A stretch of DNA of 64,000 bases from Malacoraja senta (Eukaryota): contig CM075997.1 in the NCBI GenBank assembly GCA_038087875.1, positions 3,784,001-3,848,000 on the forward strand, in the 5' to 3' direction. The position numbers and the translations under genes are program-made. Positions 36,816-51,032 of the stretch are shown piece by piece (the first letter of the stretch is position 1; every line of letters starts with the position of its first letter). Below the pieces are notes generated by a model, which did not search any database, was not told where the DNA came from, and saw only the letters and a program-made list of their open reading frames with translations.

Positions 36816-38399
36816 CAACCTCGGTACATGTGACAATAAACTAAAGTCAACTAAACTTGCCTCATTAACTCTGATCTCTATCATGCATAGATTTTCAATC
36901 GGTGCTTCGAATAAGTTCAGACCAAACCCAAGATCTTCCTTACGCGTTGATGGTGGTGCCACTGACAAGACAGCCTGTAAACGCATGTAACAGGAGCTGT
37001 GTGGAAACAGCTCCACGCTGGCAATCAGTTAAGCTCTTCCTTGAAACACAATCTTCACAACAGAGGGAGCACAATGGCCATAAACACCACTGGTCTGCGG
37101 AGGTATCTAAGAAACTTCTCGGACTGTAATCGATCCTCCAGGTATTTGACCTGGGGATGACTCGGGTTTCTGGATGGTTTTCACTGCTGCTTCTAAGTCC
37201 TTGCCTGAAGACCCTGCGCTGGTTAGGAAGGAACTGCAGATGCTGGTTGCACCGAAGATAGACACAAAATGCTGGCGTAGTTCCCTGTCCCTCTCCCCTG
37301 ACTCAGTCTGAAGAAGGGCCGAATGGCCTACTCCGCACCTATTGTCTATTGTCTATTGTTTATTGTCTATTGTCTAAAGCAGGAACAGGGTACTGATTTT
37401 GGATGATCAGCCATGATCATATTGAATGGCGGTGCTGGCCTGAAGGGCTGAATGGCCTCCTCCTGCACTTAATTTCTATGTTTCTAAGCTTTCTAACTCA
37501 CGCTCCTCACTGGGTGCAGTGCCCAAACCACTTGTTGGATGGAGGGCCGCCCCTTATACAGTGTATGTCCTTTAAGCGGTCATGATGTGGCTGCTGATGG
37601 ATGCATGGGAGATGTTACAGACTGATGCCTCATCAACCTCAGTCCCACAGCTGTGGAGGTATCAGTTTTACTGCCCCTGGTTATTTATACCCAGTCGACA
37701 GTTTAACGTTGTTCAGTAATCAGCGTTTAAAGAGAGACTTTGTCCCAGGCCATGGCTTCCCATTTTCGCACTGATTAAGATTTGAACACTGATTAACTAA
37801 CAGGGTCGTCTGTATGGGAAACCAGCAGGGATATAGTTACAGCAGACAGACAGATAGTGCTGGATTAACTCAGCGGGTCAGGCAACACCTCTGGAGAAAA
37901 GCCCTTCTCTTCAGAGGGTTTCTTAAAGTTAGAGAAATCAACGTTCATTCATTTCTACGTGGAAATGTAAAAAATTATCTTTTAGACAATCGGCAATAGA
38001 CAATAGGTGCAGGAGTAGGCCATTCGGCCCTTCGAGCCAGCACCGCCATTCAATGTGATCATGGCTGATCATCCCCAATCAGTACCCCGTTCCTGCCTTC
38101 TCCCCATATCCCCTGACTCCGCTATCGTTAAGAGCCCTATCCAGCTCTCTTTGAAAGTATCCAGAGAACCGGCCTCTGAGGCAGAGAATTCCACACACTC
38201 ACCACTCTCTGTGAAAAAAAGTGTTTCCTCGTCTCTGTTCTAAATGGCTTACTCCTTATTCCTAAACTGTGGCCCCTGGTTCTGGACTCCCCAACATCGG
38301 GAACATGTTTCCTTCCTTCAGCGTGTCCAAACCCTTAACAATCCTATATGTTTCAATGAGATGCCCTCTCATCCTTCTAAACTCCAGACTGTACAAGCT

Positions 38400-39193
38400 G
38401 TCTTTTGATGTCTCGTTTACACACTTTACACTCCCTTATCTCTGTGTCTCCCTCTCCCCTGACTCAGTCTGAAGAAGGGCCTCGACGCGAAACGTCACCC
38501 ATTCCTTCTCCTGGGATGCTGCCTGTCCCGCTGAGTTACTCCAGCATTTGGTGACTATCTTCAATGTTCGTACCGCTGGGGTGTAGGCTGCCCTAGCGAA
38601 ATATGAGGTGCTGTTCCTCCAATTTCCTCCAATACGACAGTGGAGGAGGCCCAGGACAGAAAGGTCAGTGTGGGAATGGGAGGGGGAGTTAAAGTGTTTG
38701 GCAGGCAAGAGATCGTGTAGGTTTAGGCGGACTGAGCGAAGGTGTTCACCGAAACGATCGCCAAGCCTGGCGCTTGGTCTCACCGATATATAGGAGTCCA
38801 CACATCAAAAGACAGCGGATAGAGTAGATGAGGTTGGAGGAGGTGCAAGTGAACCTCTGCCTCACCTGGAAAGAGCGTCAGGGTCCCTGGAGGTGGGGGG
38901 AGGTATAGGGACAGGTGTTGCATCTCCTGCGGTTGTACCTTGGGGAGGGGGTGGTTTGGGTGGGATGGGACGAGTTAACCAGGGAGTTGCGGAGGGAACG
39001 GTCTCTGCGGAAGGCAGAAACCGGTGGAGATGGGAAGGTGTGGCCGGTGGTGGGATCCCGTTGGAGGTGGTGAAAATGGCGGAGGATTGCATGCTGTATG
39101 CGACGGCTGATGGGGGTGGAAGGTGAGGACTAGGAGGACTCTGTCTCTGTTGCGACTGGGGGGGAGGGGGAGCAAGGGCAGAGCTGCGGGGTA
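38400..39193 (-). mobile_element. Penelope-like element fragment (GIY-YIG region to pLTR)
   Basis: RLGDRFGEHLRSVRLN...KHFNSPSHSHTDLSVLGLLHC; adjacent hammerhead-like repeat. Confidence 0.82.
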
Positions 39194-39194
39194 C

Positions 39195-39817
39195 ATAGAA
39201 ACATAGAAACATAGAAAATATGTGCAGGAGGAGGCCATTCGGCCCTTCGAGCCTGCACCGCCATTCAATATGATCATGGCTGATCATCCAACTCAGTATC
39301 CTGTACCTGCCTTCTCTCCATTACCCCTGATCCCTTTAGCCACAAGAGCCACATCTAACTCCCTCTTAAATATAGCCAATGAACTGGCCTCAACTACCTT
39401 CTGTGGCAGAGAATTCCACAGATTCACCACTCTCTGTGTGAAAAATGTTTTCCTCATCTCGGTCCTAAAAGATTTCCCCCTTATCCTTAAACTGTGACCC
39501 CTTATTCTGGACTTCCCCAACATCGGGAACAATCTTCCTGCATCTAGCCTGTCCAACCCCTTAAGAATTGTGTACGTTTCTATAAGATCCCCCCTCAATC
39601 TTCTAAATTCTAGCGAGTACAAGCCAAGTCTATCCAGTCTTTCTTCATATGAAAGTCCTGCCATCCCAGGAATCAGTCTGGTGAACCTTCTCTGTACTCC
39701 CTCTATGGCAAGAATGTCCTTCCTCAGATTAGGAGACCAAAACTGTACGCAATACTCCAGGTGTGGTCTCACCAAGACCCTGTACAACTGCAGTAGAACC
39801 TCCCTGCTCCTATACTC
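39195..39817 (-). mobile_element. CR1 LINE 3' fragment
   Basis: EYRSREVLLQLYRVLVRPHLEYCVQFWSP...; (TTTCTATG)n tail. Confidence 0.92.
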
Positions 39818-39934
39818 AGGAGACACGAGTGAGGGCCTCATCTATGATGGGAGAGGGAAGCTCTGAATAAACCAGCATCTGTAGTTCCTTCCTACACTGT
39901 TTCAGATGAGTTGGCACAGAAGCTGCAGACAATC

Positions 39935-40485
39935 TTTTTTTTTTTTTTTTTTTGGAAAATATTTTTTATTGGAGATAAGTACACAACATATTATCATCAT
40001 TACCAGTCTTACATTTTTAAATTGATAATATTGTCAATTATTATTACATTGTCTCCAATACCTTTTGCCTTTTTTTGTTTTTTTTAAACTAGATAGAACT
40101 AAAAAGATAGATGAAGTAAAGAAAGAAAAGAGAGAGAAAGAAAAAAAAAAAAAAAAAAAAAAAAAAAAGAAAACATAAAAGAAAAAGATAGTTAAAGAAG
40201 AATGGAAAAATTTATTAAGATAAAAAACTTTGTTCGAGATATATTCGTACATTTCAGAGCATAACATTTCCTCCATTCTTTAGCCCGAGCGTTAGTCAGG
40301 TTCCTGTGTTGAACCATTCTGACCCTTTAAATAATCAATAAAGGGAGACCATGTTCCAACGAATAATTCCTGTTTGTCCAACAGGGAAAATCTGATTCTT
40401 TCCACGTTTAAGGTCTCCGTCATTTCTATAATCCACATTTTGATTGTGGGGGTTATAGGGCCTTTCCAAAATTTTAGAAAATCTT
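39935..40485 (-). mobile_element. L1-clade LINE 3' fragment with poly(A)
   Basis: LKFWKGPITPTIKMWIIEMTETLNVERIRF...TWSPFIDYL resembles a fish L1 ORF2 C-terminus; AATAAA then poly(A) on the minus strand. Confidence 0.72.
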
Positions 40486-41439
40486 GGAGACACCTTGGCA
40501 CAGTTGGTAGAGCCACTACCTCACAGCGCCAGAGGCAGTGGGTGCAATATCCAATGCTGGTGCTATCTGAGAAGGTACAAACTCCGTACAGACAGCACCC
40601 GTGGTCGGGATCGAACCCGGGTCTCTGTCGCTGCAAGCTCTGCAAGGCAGCAACTCTACCGCTGCGCCACCGTTTACCAATGCGGCACAAGGCAACACCT
40701 ACATAATGAGCTGGATGGTCCTGTGCCCGGCACTGCACAACGCCCGCTGTACCACCCTGCTGCCCTTAGTGTTTGTGGAAACATTGGGAAAGGCACCATG
40801 ACACCCATGGGCTGTAACCTGCCAGCACTCAGCTTGCACGGACTCTAAAGCACCTGGAGGCAGGCAGCAACTGACCAATGCATCCCCGCCCGACAGAGAA
40901 GGTGGGTGCTGAGTTACAGGGGCAACAATGACCGGTGGTTCTGCGTGGCACTGTGGTGTGTTCTCCATAGGGATCAACCCCTTGGTCACCTGGTAGGTAC
41001 CAATCCCACGCCAAATGCTGGAGTAACTCAGCGGGACAGGCAGCATCTCTGGAGAGAAGGAATGGGTGACGTTTCGAGTCGAGACCCTTCTTCAGACTGA
41101 GAGTCAGGGGAGAGGGAGGCGCAGAGATATGGAAGGGGGAGGTGTGAAAACGATAGATCAAAGGGGACAAAGTTCAAGGAAAGGTGCTGTCTGTGCGGAG
41201 TTTGTACGTTCTCCTTGTGTCTATGCGGGTTTTCTCCGGTTGCTCTGGTTTCATCCCACATCCCAAAGATGTACGGGGTCTGTAGGTTAATTGGCCCTCT
41301 GTAAATTGCCCCTGGTGTGGAGGGAGTGGATGAGGGTGTGGGATAACATTGGTGCTGTCAGTGTGGAGCTCGCACGATCTTCCTGTGACCACGTGGGTTA
41401 TCCCAGGATATCCCCGTGTTATCCCACTCACTCATTCAC

Positions 41440-41797
41440 TCGTAAAATCATGAGAGGAATAGATCGAGTCGATGCACAGAGTCTCTTGCCCAGAGTAGGT
41501 GAATCGAGGACCAGAGGACAGAGGTTCAAGGTGAAGGGGAAAAGATTTAAGAGGAATCTGAGGGGTAACTTTTTCACACAAAGGGTGGTGGGTTTATGGA
41601 ACAAGCTGCCAGAGAAGGTAGTTGAGGTTGGGACTATCCCAACGTTTAAGAAACAGTTAGACAGGTACATGGATAGGACAGGTTTGGAGGGATATGGGCC
41701 AAGCACAGGCAGGTGGGACTAGTGTAGCTGGGACATTGTTGGTCGATGTGGGCAAGTTGGGCCGAAGGGCCTGTTTCCACACTGTATCAATCTATGA
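41440..41797 (+). mobile_element. CR1 (HER1-like) LINE 3' fragment sharing its tail with the SINE
   Basis: KIMRGIDRVDAQSLLPRV...GYGPSTGRWD, then GGGCCGAAGGGCCTGTTTCCACACTGTAT. Confidence 0.87.
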
Positions 41798-44700
41798 CCC
41801 TACATACTTGGGGCAAATTGCAGAGGGCCGATTAACCTACAGACCCGCACGTCTTTGGGATGTGGGTGGAAACCGGAGCGCCCGGAGAGAACCCACACGG
41901 TCGCAGGGAGAACGTGTAAACTCCACGCAGACAGCACCCGAGGTCACAGGGAGTAGCTGCAGTATTTTCTGTTTTTATTTCCATCATTTTGATTTTCTAT
42001 TTGTGATGAAGATTCAACAGGTCAGGCAGCATCTACAGAGGGAGTTGTCAGTCTGAAGAAAAGTCCTGACCCAAAATGCCATCAGTCCATTTCACCCACA
42101 GATGCTGTCTGACCCGCTGAGTTAATCCAGCACTTTGTTTTTTGCCCAGGGTTCCAGCATCTGCTGTTCCTTTTAGATCATAGGACAAAGAGCATAGAAC
42201 AGTACAGCACAAGAACAGGCCCTTCGGCCCACATTGTCCAGGCTGAATATGATACCATGATCATCTCTTATCTATTTGAGCATAATCCCTATCTCTCTAC
42301 ACCTTGCATGTCCATATTCCTATCCAAAAGCCTGTTAAAGCCACTATTATATTTGGGTGGCACGGTGGCGCAGCTGTAGAGTTGCTGCCGTACAGCGCAT
42401 GAGACGCGGGTTCAATCCTGCCTATGGGTGCTGTCTGTACGGAGTTTGCATGTTTTCCCCGTGGGAGCTCTGGTTTCTAGGCTAATTGGCTTCAGTAAAT
42501 ATTGTAAATTGTCCCTAGTGTGTGCAGGATAGGGCCAGTGTGCGGGGATCGCTGGTCGGCGCGGACTCGGTGGGCCAAAGGGCCAGTTTCCGCTCTGTAT
42601 CTCTAAACTAAGCTAAAACTAACAGAAAATGCATCCTGCGATAACTTCACCGGAAAAATGTTTTGTGGATTGTGAAGTGTTCTGTAGATAGAAAAGGTGC
42701 TAGGCAAATGCAGGGGTAACTTTATTTCAAATATATCAGAGAATGAATGTTGATGAGAACACCAAAGTCGATCAAAATGGCCGCTCTTGTTCTTGAAGTT
42801 TGTCCTCACAGTCAGAGACTGGGTTAAAATGCCTGCTGCTATGCAATGTGTGGAGTATTTACTCTCTCGCTCTCTCTGCTCTCGAGCCAAGACTGTTGCG
42901 TGTTTTTTTGTTATCATGTGCTTGCCTTAAGCGACTCCTGATTGATATTTTTCAATCTGCATCCTGTTTTGATGCAGCTCACAAACCCGGGGACAGAGCG
43001 AGGAAGTTTACCGCTGGGCCTGCCGAGCTGTGGTCGCAGCCAATACTCCATCAAGTCCACTCTGCCATTCAATCATGGCTGACCGATCTATCTCTCTCTC
43101 CTCACCCTATTCTTCTGCCTTCTCCCCATAACCCCTGACATCCGTACTGATCAACAATCTATCTATCTCTGCCTTAAAAATCTCCCTTGTCTTGGCCTCC
43201 TCAGCCTTCTGTGGCAAAGAATTCCACAGATTCACCACCCTCTGATTAAAGACAGTCTCTGACTCTGCTTCTGCCGAAACCTTCAACCAAGCCAGTGTGT
43301 GGGATCACTGGTCGGCCCCGACTCGGTGGGCCGAAGGCCCTGTTTCCACGCTGTATCTCTAAAACCATCTCTAAAAGCACAATTTCTCTCATTCCGAGTA
43401 CACTAACATCCCTCAGTGGTGGCACAGTGGCGCAGCGGTAGAGTTACTGCCTTACTGCGCCAGAGACCCGGGTTCGATCCTGACCACGGGTGCTGCCTGT
43501 ACAGAGTTTAGACTCTCTATAAACGACAGGGATGTTAATGTACTGGGGATGAGAGCAATTTGGTTTATTAGAGATAGTTTCAGAGATACAGCGTGGAAAC
43601 AGGCCCTTCGGCCCACCGACAATTCATCGCCAGTCCGCGCTAGTTCTATGCCATCCCTCATTCAAATCCACTCCCTACACACTAGGGGCAATTTACAAAG
43701 GGCCCTATTGACCTTCAAAACCTGTACGTCTTTGGGGTGTGGGAGGAAACCGGAGCACCCGGAGGAAACCCACGTGGTCACGGGGAGAACGTGCAAACTC
43801 CACACACAGGGAAGAGAGCAATGGGGGTTTTAGAGACAGTTTTAAAGATACAGCGTGGAAACAGGCCCTTCGGCCCTCCAAGTCTGTACCAACCATTGAT
43901 CCCCGAACACAGGCTTGATTGGTTGCAGCAGAGGTCTTTAGTCAGAGGGTGGTGAATCCGTGGAATTCTTTGCCACTGAAGGCTATGGAGTCAAGCCCGT
44001 ACTTACTGGATATTTTTAAGGCAGAGATTGAGATAGATAGATTTTTGATTAGTACGGGTGTCAGGGGTTACGGGGAGAAGGCAGGAGAGTGGGGTTAGGA
44101 GGGAGAGATAGATCAGCCATGATTGAATGGCGGAGTAGACTAGATGGGCCAAGGCCTAATTCTACTCCTATCACTTATGACCTATGACCTTATGATAAAA
44201 ATAATCCGCAGTTCAAACACGCTCAAAGCAGAGTGGAGAGTGATGTGGGACAGGTTCAATATGAAGGAAGGAACTGAGTACGCTGGTTTACACCAAAGAT
44301 AGACACAAATTGCTGGAGTAACTCAGTGGGACATGCAGCATCTCTGGAGAGAAGGAATGGGAGTCGTTTCGGGTCGAATGGAGTTGACTGGGATTATATT
44401 CACTGGAGTTTAGAAGGATGAGAGGGCATCTTATAGAAACATATAACATTCTTAAAGGATTGGACAGACTAGATGCAGGAAAAATGTTCCTAATGTTAGG
44501 GGGGGCAGGGGGGGGGGGGAGCTTAAGGAAAAGGTAGGCCTTTTAGGACTGAGATGAGGAAAACTTTTTCACCCAGAGAGTTGTGAATTTATGGAATTCC
44601 CTGCCACAGAGGGCAGTGGAGGCCAAATCACTGGATGGATTTAAGAGAGAGTTAGATAGAGCTCTAGGGGCTAGTGGAGTCAAGGGATATAGGGAGAAGG

Positions 44701-45614
44701 GGAGAAGGCAGGCACGGGTTATTGATAGGGGACGATCAGCCATGATCACAATGAATGGCGGTGCTGGCTCGAAAGGCCGAATGGCCGACTCCTGCACATA
44801 TTTTCTATGTTTCTATGTTTCTATGGAAGGCAGTGGTGGCCAATTCACTGGATGTATTCAAGAGAGAGTTAGATTTAGCTCTCAGGGATATGGGGAGTCA
44901 AGGGATATGGGGAGAAATCAGGAACGGGGTACTGATTTTGGATGATAAGCCATGATCATCTTGAGTGGCGGTGCTGGCTCAAAGGGCCGAATGGCCTACT
45001 CCAGCACCTATTGTCTATGTTTCAATGTTTCTTGCCGCAGCTGCTGCCTGACCCGCTGAGCATTTTCTGCTTGTATTTGGGTGTCTGGCATGTTACTGCC
45101 TGTGGGTCTTTGCAGGGTTTGGTTTGGCTGCTATCACGTCCATTTCCAGTCTAGTTTGCTTGTGGTGACTGACTGGAATGCTTTGTTTACACAAGAAGCA
45201 AATTCTTGCCTTGACGTCACGGTGTTTATTGGAGATTTAATCAGAATAGTGAAGGATTGCAATAGTCTTCAGCCTGCAATGTTGACAGGAATCTCGATGC
45301 CCGATGAATACAGCAGGCTTTCACTGAAAGTGGGGTGAAGCAACAGAGGAATGGACATTCAATCAAAGGTGCTTTTCTCATGCGCCCACTGGATGGTTCT
45401 ATAGACAGGCCCTTCGGCCCACCGAGTCCGTGCCGACCACCGATCACTAACACTATCCTACACACACCAGCGACAATTTACAATTTTTCTCCCCAAGCCA
45501 ATTAACCTGCAAGCCCGCGCGTCTTTGGAGTGTGGGTGGAAACCGGAGCACCCGGATAAAACCCACGCAGGTCACGGGGAGAACGTACAAACTCCCAACA
45601 GTTCTTAGTTTCGA

Positions 45615-46058
45615 CAAGTCAAGTCAAGTCAAGAGAGTTTATTGTCATGTGTCCCAGATAGGACAATGAAAATCTTGCTTTGCTTCAGCACAACAGGATA
45701 TAGTAGGCATGAATACAGAACAGATCAGTGTGTCCATATACCATAGAATATATATATATACGCACATAGATAAACAGATAAAGTGCAATAGGCTGTTATA
45801 GTTCAGAGTTTGTTTGAGTTGAGTTTAATAGCCTGATGGCTGTGGGGAAGTAGCTATTCCTGAACCTGGATGTTGCAGATTTCAGGCTCCTGTACCTTCT
45901 ACCTGAAGGCAGCGGGGAGATGAGTGTGTGGCCAGGATAGTGTGGGTCCTTGATGATGCTGCCAGCCTTTTTGAGGCTGCGACTGCGATAGATCCCCTCG
46001 ATGGTGGGGAGGTCAGAGCCGATGATGGACTGGGCAGTGTTTACTACTTTTTGCAGCC
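45615..46058 (-). mobile_element. Rex1/Babar LINE 3' fragment
   Basis: LQKVVNTAQSIIGSDLP...KDPHYPGH...LPSGRRYRS...FRNSYFPTAIRLLN; (CTTGA)n tail. Confidence 0.85.
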
Positions 46059-48752
46059 TTATGCAGCCAGATACTGATGTCTGGCCCAGCCGCTCTCTAC
46101 AGCCCAACAAGACATCAACACAGACTGCTCCAATGAGGGTAACGGGTCAGTACCCCGTCTCTGAAGCCCGGCATTGATCCAGCGCTGGGGGCACAAGAGG
46201 GTAGACAAAAGTGCTGGAGAAACTCAGCGGGTGCAGCAGCATCTATGGAGCGGAGGGTTTCGGCCCGAAACGTTGCCTATTTCCTTCGCTCCATAGATGC
46301 TGCTGCACCCGCTGAGTTTCTCCAGCACTTTTGTCTACCTTCGATTTTCCAGCATCTGCAGGTCCTTCTTAAACACTGGGGACAAGAGCCTGCACATACT
46401 ATAGAACCCAGACCAAATATCGAACTGCTGCAGGATAACAGTGTCTGCATGATAACAGGATTGCAGGATAGTTCAGTTTAGTTTAGTTTAGTTTAGTTTG
46501 GTTTAGGTTAGTTTAGAGATACAGAGTAGAAATAGACCCTTCAGCCCACCCAGCCTGTGCCGACCAGCTGATCACTGCAAGTGTATCGGTGACCTGGTGG
46601 TGGTGAGTGGTGAGTCTGTGGAATTCTCTGCCTCAGAGGGCGGTGGAGGCAGGTTCTCTGGATGCTTTCAAGTGAGAGGGCTCTTAAAAATAGCGGAGTC
46701 AGGGGATATGGGGAGAAGGCAGGAACGGGGTACTGATTGGGGATGATCAGCCATGATCACATTGAATGGCGGTGCTGGCTCGAAGGGCCGAATGGCCTAC
46801 TCCTGCACCTATTGTCGATTGTCTATAAAACTGAACTGAACTGAATCTATAAATCTGCACGTCTCTGGAATGTGGGAGGAAACCAGAGCACCCGGAGAAA
46901 ACCCACCTGGTCCCGGGGAGAACAGTACGAACTCCGTACAGGCAGCACCCGTGGTCAGGATCGAACCTGGGTCTCTGGCGCTGTGAGGCAGCAACTGTAC
47001 CGCTGCCGCCCAAACCCGTGGAGGCAAACAGATGGTTGGAAGTGGCGCAGCGTGTGGGTCCTTGTACCAGGCCAAACGGCAAACGGCCAAATGCCTCCGC
47101 AGATGCTGCTTGACCCGCTGGGTGATCCCCATCAGCTTGTACACACAGTGGGACAGAGGGTCCGGCCACCTTCACAGTCCGGGGCGAGTTATTAAAGGGA
47201 TGACTGCTCTCACCAGCTTGTCCGTTCACCAGTCCTGCCATTTCCCAGGGCGAGCGGCCCCTGGCAATAAAACCTGACACCTCCCCACCACCTGTGCTCC
47301 CTTCTCAGGCTAGTTACTGATTGAAGACCAGTGTAGCAGTCTCACACCACAGAGCGGGAAGATCTGACCTGTCACAGATTATACTTGTTGCAAAGATCTG
47401 CATCAGTTAGCTCCTTCATTAAACAAATCGCCCTCTCAACCCCAATTTTCTACACTCCTGTTTCCTGTATCTGAATATATTTACTTGCCCGTGTTTAAGA
47501 AGGAACTGCAGATGCTGGAAAATCGAAGGTAGACCAAAATGCTGGAGAATCTCAGCGGGTGAGGCAGCATCTATGGAGCGAAGGAAATAGGCAACGTTTC
47601 GGGTCGAGACCTGAAACGTTGCCTATTTCCTTCGCTCCATAGATGCTGCCTCATCCGCTGAGTTTCCCCAGCATTTTGGTCTATATTTAGTTGACCAATA
47701 TCTTAACCCAATACTGGACCCTTGACTTTAGACTTTACTTTAGACAATAGACAATAGACAATAGGTGCAGGAGTAGGCCATTCGGCCCTTCGAGCCAGCA
47801 CCGCCATTCAATGTAATCATGGCTGATCATCCCCAATCCTGCCATCTTCCCATATCCCCTGACTCTGCTATCTTTAAGAGCCCTATCTAACTCTCTCTTT
47901 AGACTTTAGAGATACAGTGTGGTGCATGGATACGCAGGGAATGGAAGGGCGTGGATCACGGTGCAGTGGTGGAGCTGCTGCCTCACAGCGCCAGAGACCC
48001 CGGTTCGATCCTGACTATGGGTGCTGCCTGTACGGAGTTTGTACGTTCTCCCCGTGACCTGCGTGGGTTTTCTCCGGGTGCATCGGTTTCCTCCCACGCT
48101 CCAGAAGACGTGCAGGTTTGTGGGCTGATTGGGCTTCTGTAAATGCCCCAACCCACAATCACTCCGAAGAAGGGTCCCCACCCGAAACGTCACCTATTCC
48201 TTTGTCTCCAGGGATGCTGCCCGACCCACTGAGTTACTCCAGCACTTTGTGTCCATCTTGGGTGTAAACCAGCACCTGCAGTTCTTTGTTCCAAATCTTA
48301 AACATCACTATTCACGGTGGCGCAGCGGTAGAGTTGCTGCCTTACAGCGAATACAGCGCCGGAGACCCCAGGTTCGATCCCGACTACGGGTGCTGTCTGT
48401 ACGGAGTTTGCACGCTCTCCCCGTGACCTGCGTGGGTTTTCTCTGAGATCTTCGGTTTCCTCCCACAATCCAAATGCGTACAGGTTTGTATGTTAATTGG
48501 CTTGGTATAAAATGTAAAAATTGTCCCTAGTGGGTGTCGGATAGTGTTAGTGTGTTGCTGGTTGGCGCGGACCCGGTGGGCCGAAGGGCCTGTTTATACG
48601 CTGTCTCTCTCAACTACACTATTGTAACTTATCACTGAAACTTCCACCACTGCCTGCACACACTCCGTCTCCCCAAAGTCACTGCACATCTGTATTTGCT
48701 TCAAACATCGCCCCTGGCAGCGCGTTCCAGGCACCCACCCCTCCCCGCGGAA

Positions 48753-49285
48753 AGGGCCTGTCCCACTGTACGAGCTAATTCAAGAGTTCTCCCGAGTTTC
48801 CCCTGATTCGAACTCGGAGAATTACGGTAATAGCCGCTCGTCGGTACTCGGGGCTCTCGTGGACATTTTTCAACATGTTGCAAAATCTTCACCAGTCTTC
48901 CCGAGCTTACCGCGTTTCCCGAGTACCTGCCGTTAGCGTTACGAGCCGCTAAGAGACGTCCCCGAGCTCCGACGTACATTCTACGTGCTTACCACGAGTT
49001 TGATTTTTTTTTTAACTCAGGGGAGCTCTTGGAATGAACTGGTAGAGTGGGACAGTCTGTGGAATTCTCTGCCTCAGAGGGCGGTGGAGGCAGGTTCTCT
49101 GGATGCTTTCAAGAGAGAGCTAGATAGGGCTTTTAAAAATAGCGGAGTCAGGGGACATGGGGAGAAGGCAGGAACGGGGTACTGATTGGGGATGATCACA
49201 TTGAATGGTGCGGTGCTGGCTCGAAGGGCCAAATGGCCTGCTCCTGCACCAATTGTCTATTGTCTATTGTCTATTGACAGGCCCT
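48753..49285. mobile_element. Harbinger-type MITE whose right TIR is split by a CR1 3' fragment
   Basis: GTGG-GACAG [CR1 49056-49275] GACAG-GCCCT. Confidence 0.8.
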
Positions 49286-50545
49286 TGAGACAAAAACTTG
49301 CACCACACATCTCCTTTAAAATGCGCCCCTCTCAACTTAAAAGCCACGCTCCTCGAGTCTTTGATATTCCCACCCTGGGAAAATGGTGGTGACTGCGTGG
49401 CGGGCGTGCAAAGAGGTCTCTATTTCAGGTCCCGGCATTTGTTGACCCCAGCAAAATGCCAGAGATGATGAACCTCTGCCTCCCGCGGTCCCCACCATCC
49501 GCGGCAATCTTGCCGCCGTTAGTTATTGCTGGCACGTTAATAATAAGCCACAGAGAAGGAACTTCAGTGGCGATAACAGCGAGGCTGGGGTTGTGGGGTT
49601 AATTACTTCGGCTGGAACTGAGTCGCGGGGGCCTCATCCAAACCTGTCATCATCCCTTTCCCTAGGGAGGGCGGACAAGCCAGGATTAGTGTTTTATTAC
49701 CCCACCATGCAAAGCATTAGCAGATGTAGACTGCTTATAGACTGTAGATGTGGGCGAGATGCAGGAGAAATGTTCCCCATGTTGGGGGAGTCCAGAACCA
49801 GGGGGGGTCACAGTTTAAGAATAAGGGGTAGGCCATTTAGGACTGCCATGAGGAAAAACTTTTTCACCCAGAGAGTTGTGAATCTGCGGAATTTCCTGTC
49901 ACACACTAGGGACAATTTTACATTCATACCAAGCCAATTCACCTACAAACCTGCATAGCTTTGGAGTGTGGGAGGAACGAAGAGCTAGGCCATTTAGGAC
50001 TGAGATGAGGAAAAACTCTTTCACCCAGAGAGTTGTGAATCTGTGGAATTCTCTGCCACAGAAGGCAGTGGAGGCCAATTCACTGGATGTTTTCAACAGA
50101 GAGTTAGATTTAGCTCTTAGGGCTAACGGAATCAAGGGATATGGGGAGAAGGCAGGAACGGGGTACTGATTTTGGATGATCAGCCATGATCATATTGAAT
50201 GGCGGTGCTGGCTCGAAGGGCCGAACGGCCTACTCCTGCACCTATTTTCTATGTTTCTATGTTTCTATGGTCGGGGTTCCTGTGTAGGAAGGAACTGCAG
50301 ATGCTGGTTTAAACCGAAGATAGACACAGAATGCTGGGGTAACTCAGCGGGACAGGCAGCATCTCTGAAGAGAAGGAATGGGTGACGTTTCGGGTCAAGA
50401 TCCTTCGTCAGACCTGAAGACCCATAAACGTCACCCATTCCTTCTCTCCGGAGATGCTGCCTGTCCCACTGAGTTACTCCAGCTTTTTGTATCCATCATG
50501 AGAGATATAGACAGTGATATAGAGGTGATTATACAGATATACCTT

Positions 50546-50905
50546 ACAACCCAGCGGTATGAATATTGATTTCTCTACCTTCAAGTAACCCTTGCATCCC
50601 CTCTCTCTCCATCCCTATCCTACCAGAGTTGTTGAACTAATTTCAATGTCATCGCGGTGAGTCTCATTGTCTGTAACTCATTTTCACCTAGCCCACAGCT
50701 AACAATGGCCATTCCTTTAACATCATTACTTTTTTTGCCTATCTTTCCTTCATTTGTTCTATATCTCTCTACATCACCGTCTATATCTCTCGTATCCCTT
50801 TCCCTTGACTCTCAGTCTGAAGAAGGGTCTCGACCCGAAACGCCACCTATACCCTTTCTCCAGAGATGCTGCCTGTCCCGCTGAGCTACTCCAGCTTTGT
50901 GTGTC
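50546..50905 (+). mobile_element. Penelope-like element 3' end (ORF end, UTR, pLTR)
   Basis: QPSGMNIDFSTFK* then CAGTCTGAAGAAGGGTCTCGACCCGAAACG. Confidence 0.82.
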
Positions 50906-51032
50906 TAGTCAGCGTTCTATTGCGAGCTTACATGACGCCATGAAAAATTGGAACAACAGCAGCCCTGGAATAACTCGGCCCAGATCAGGAATATTCCACA
51001 AATAGGGAAGTTTGCAGGGTTTTGCATCTGAC

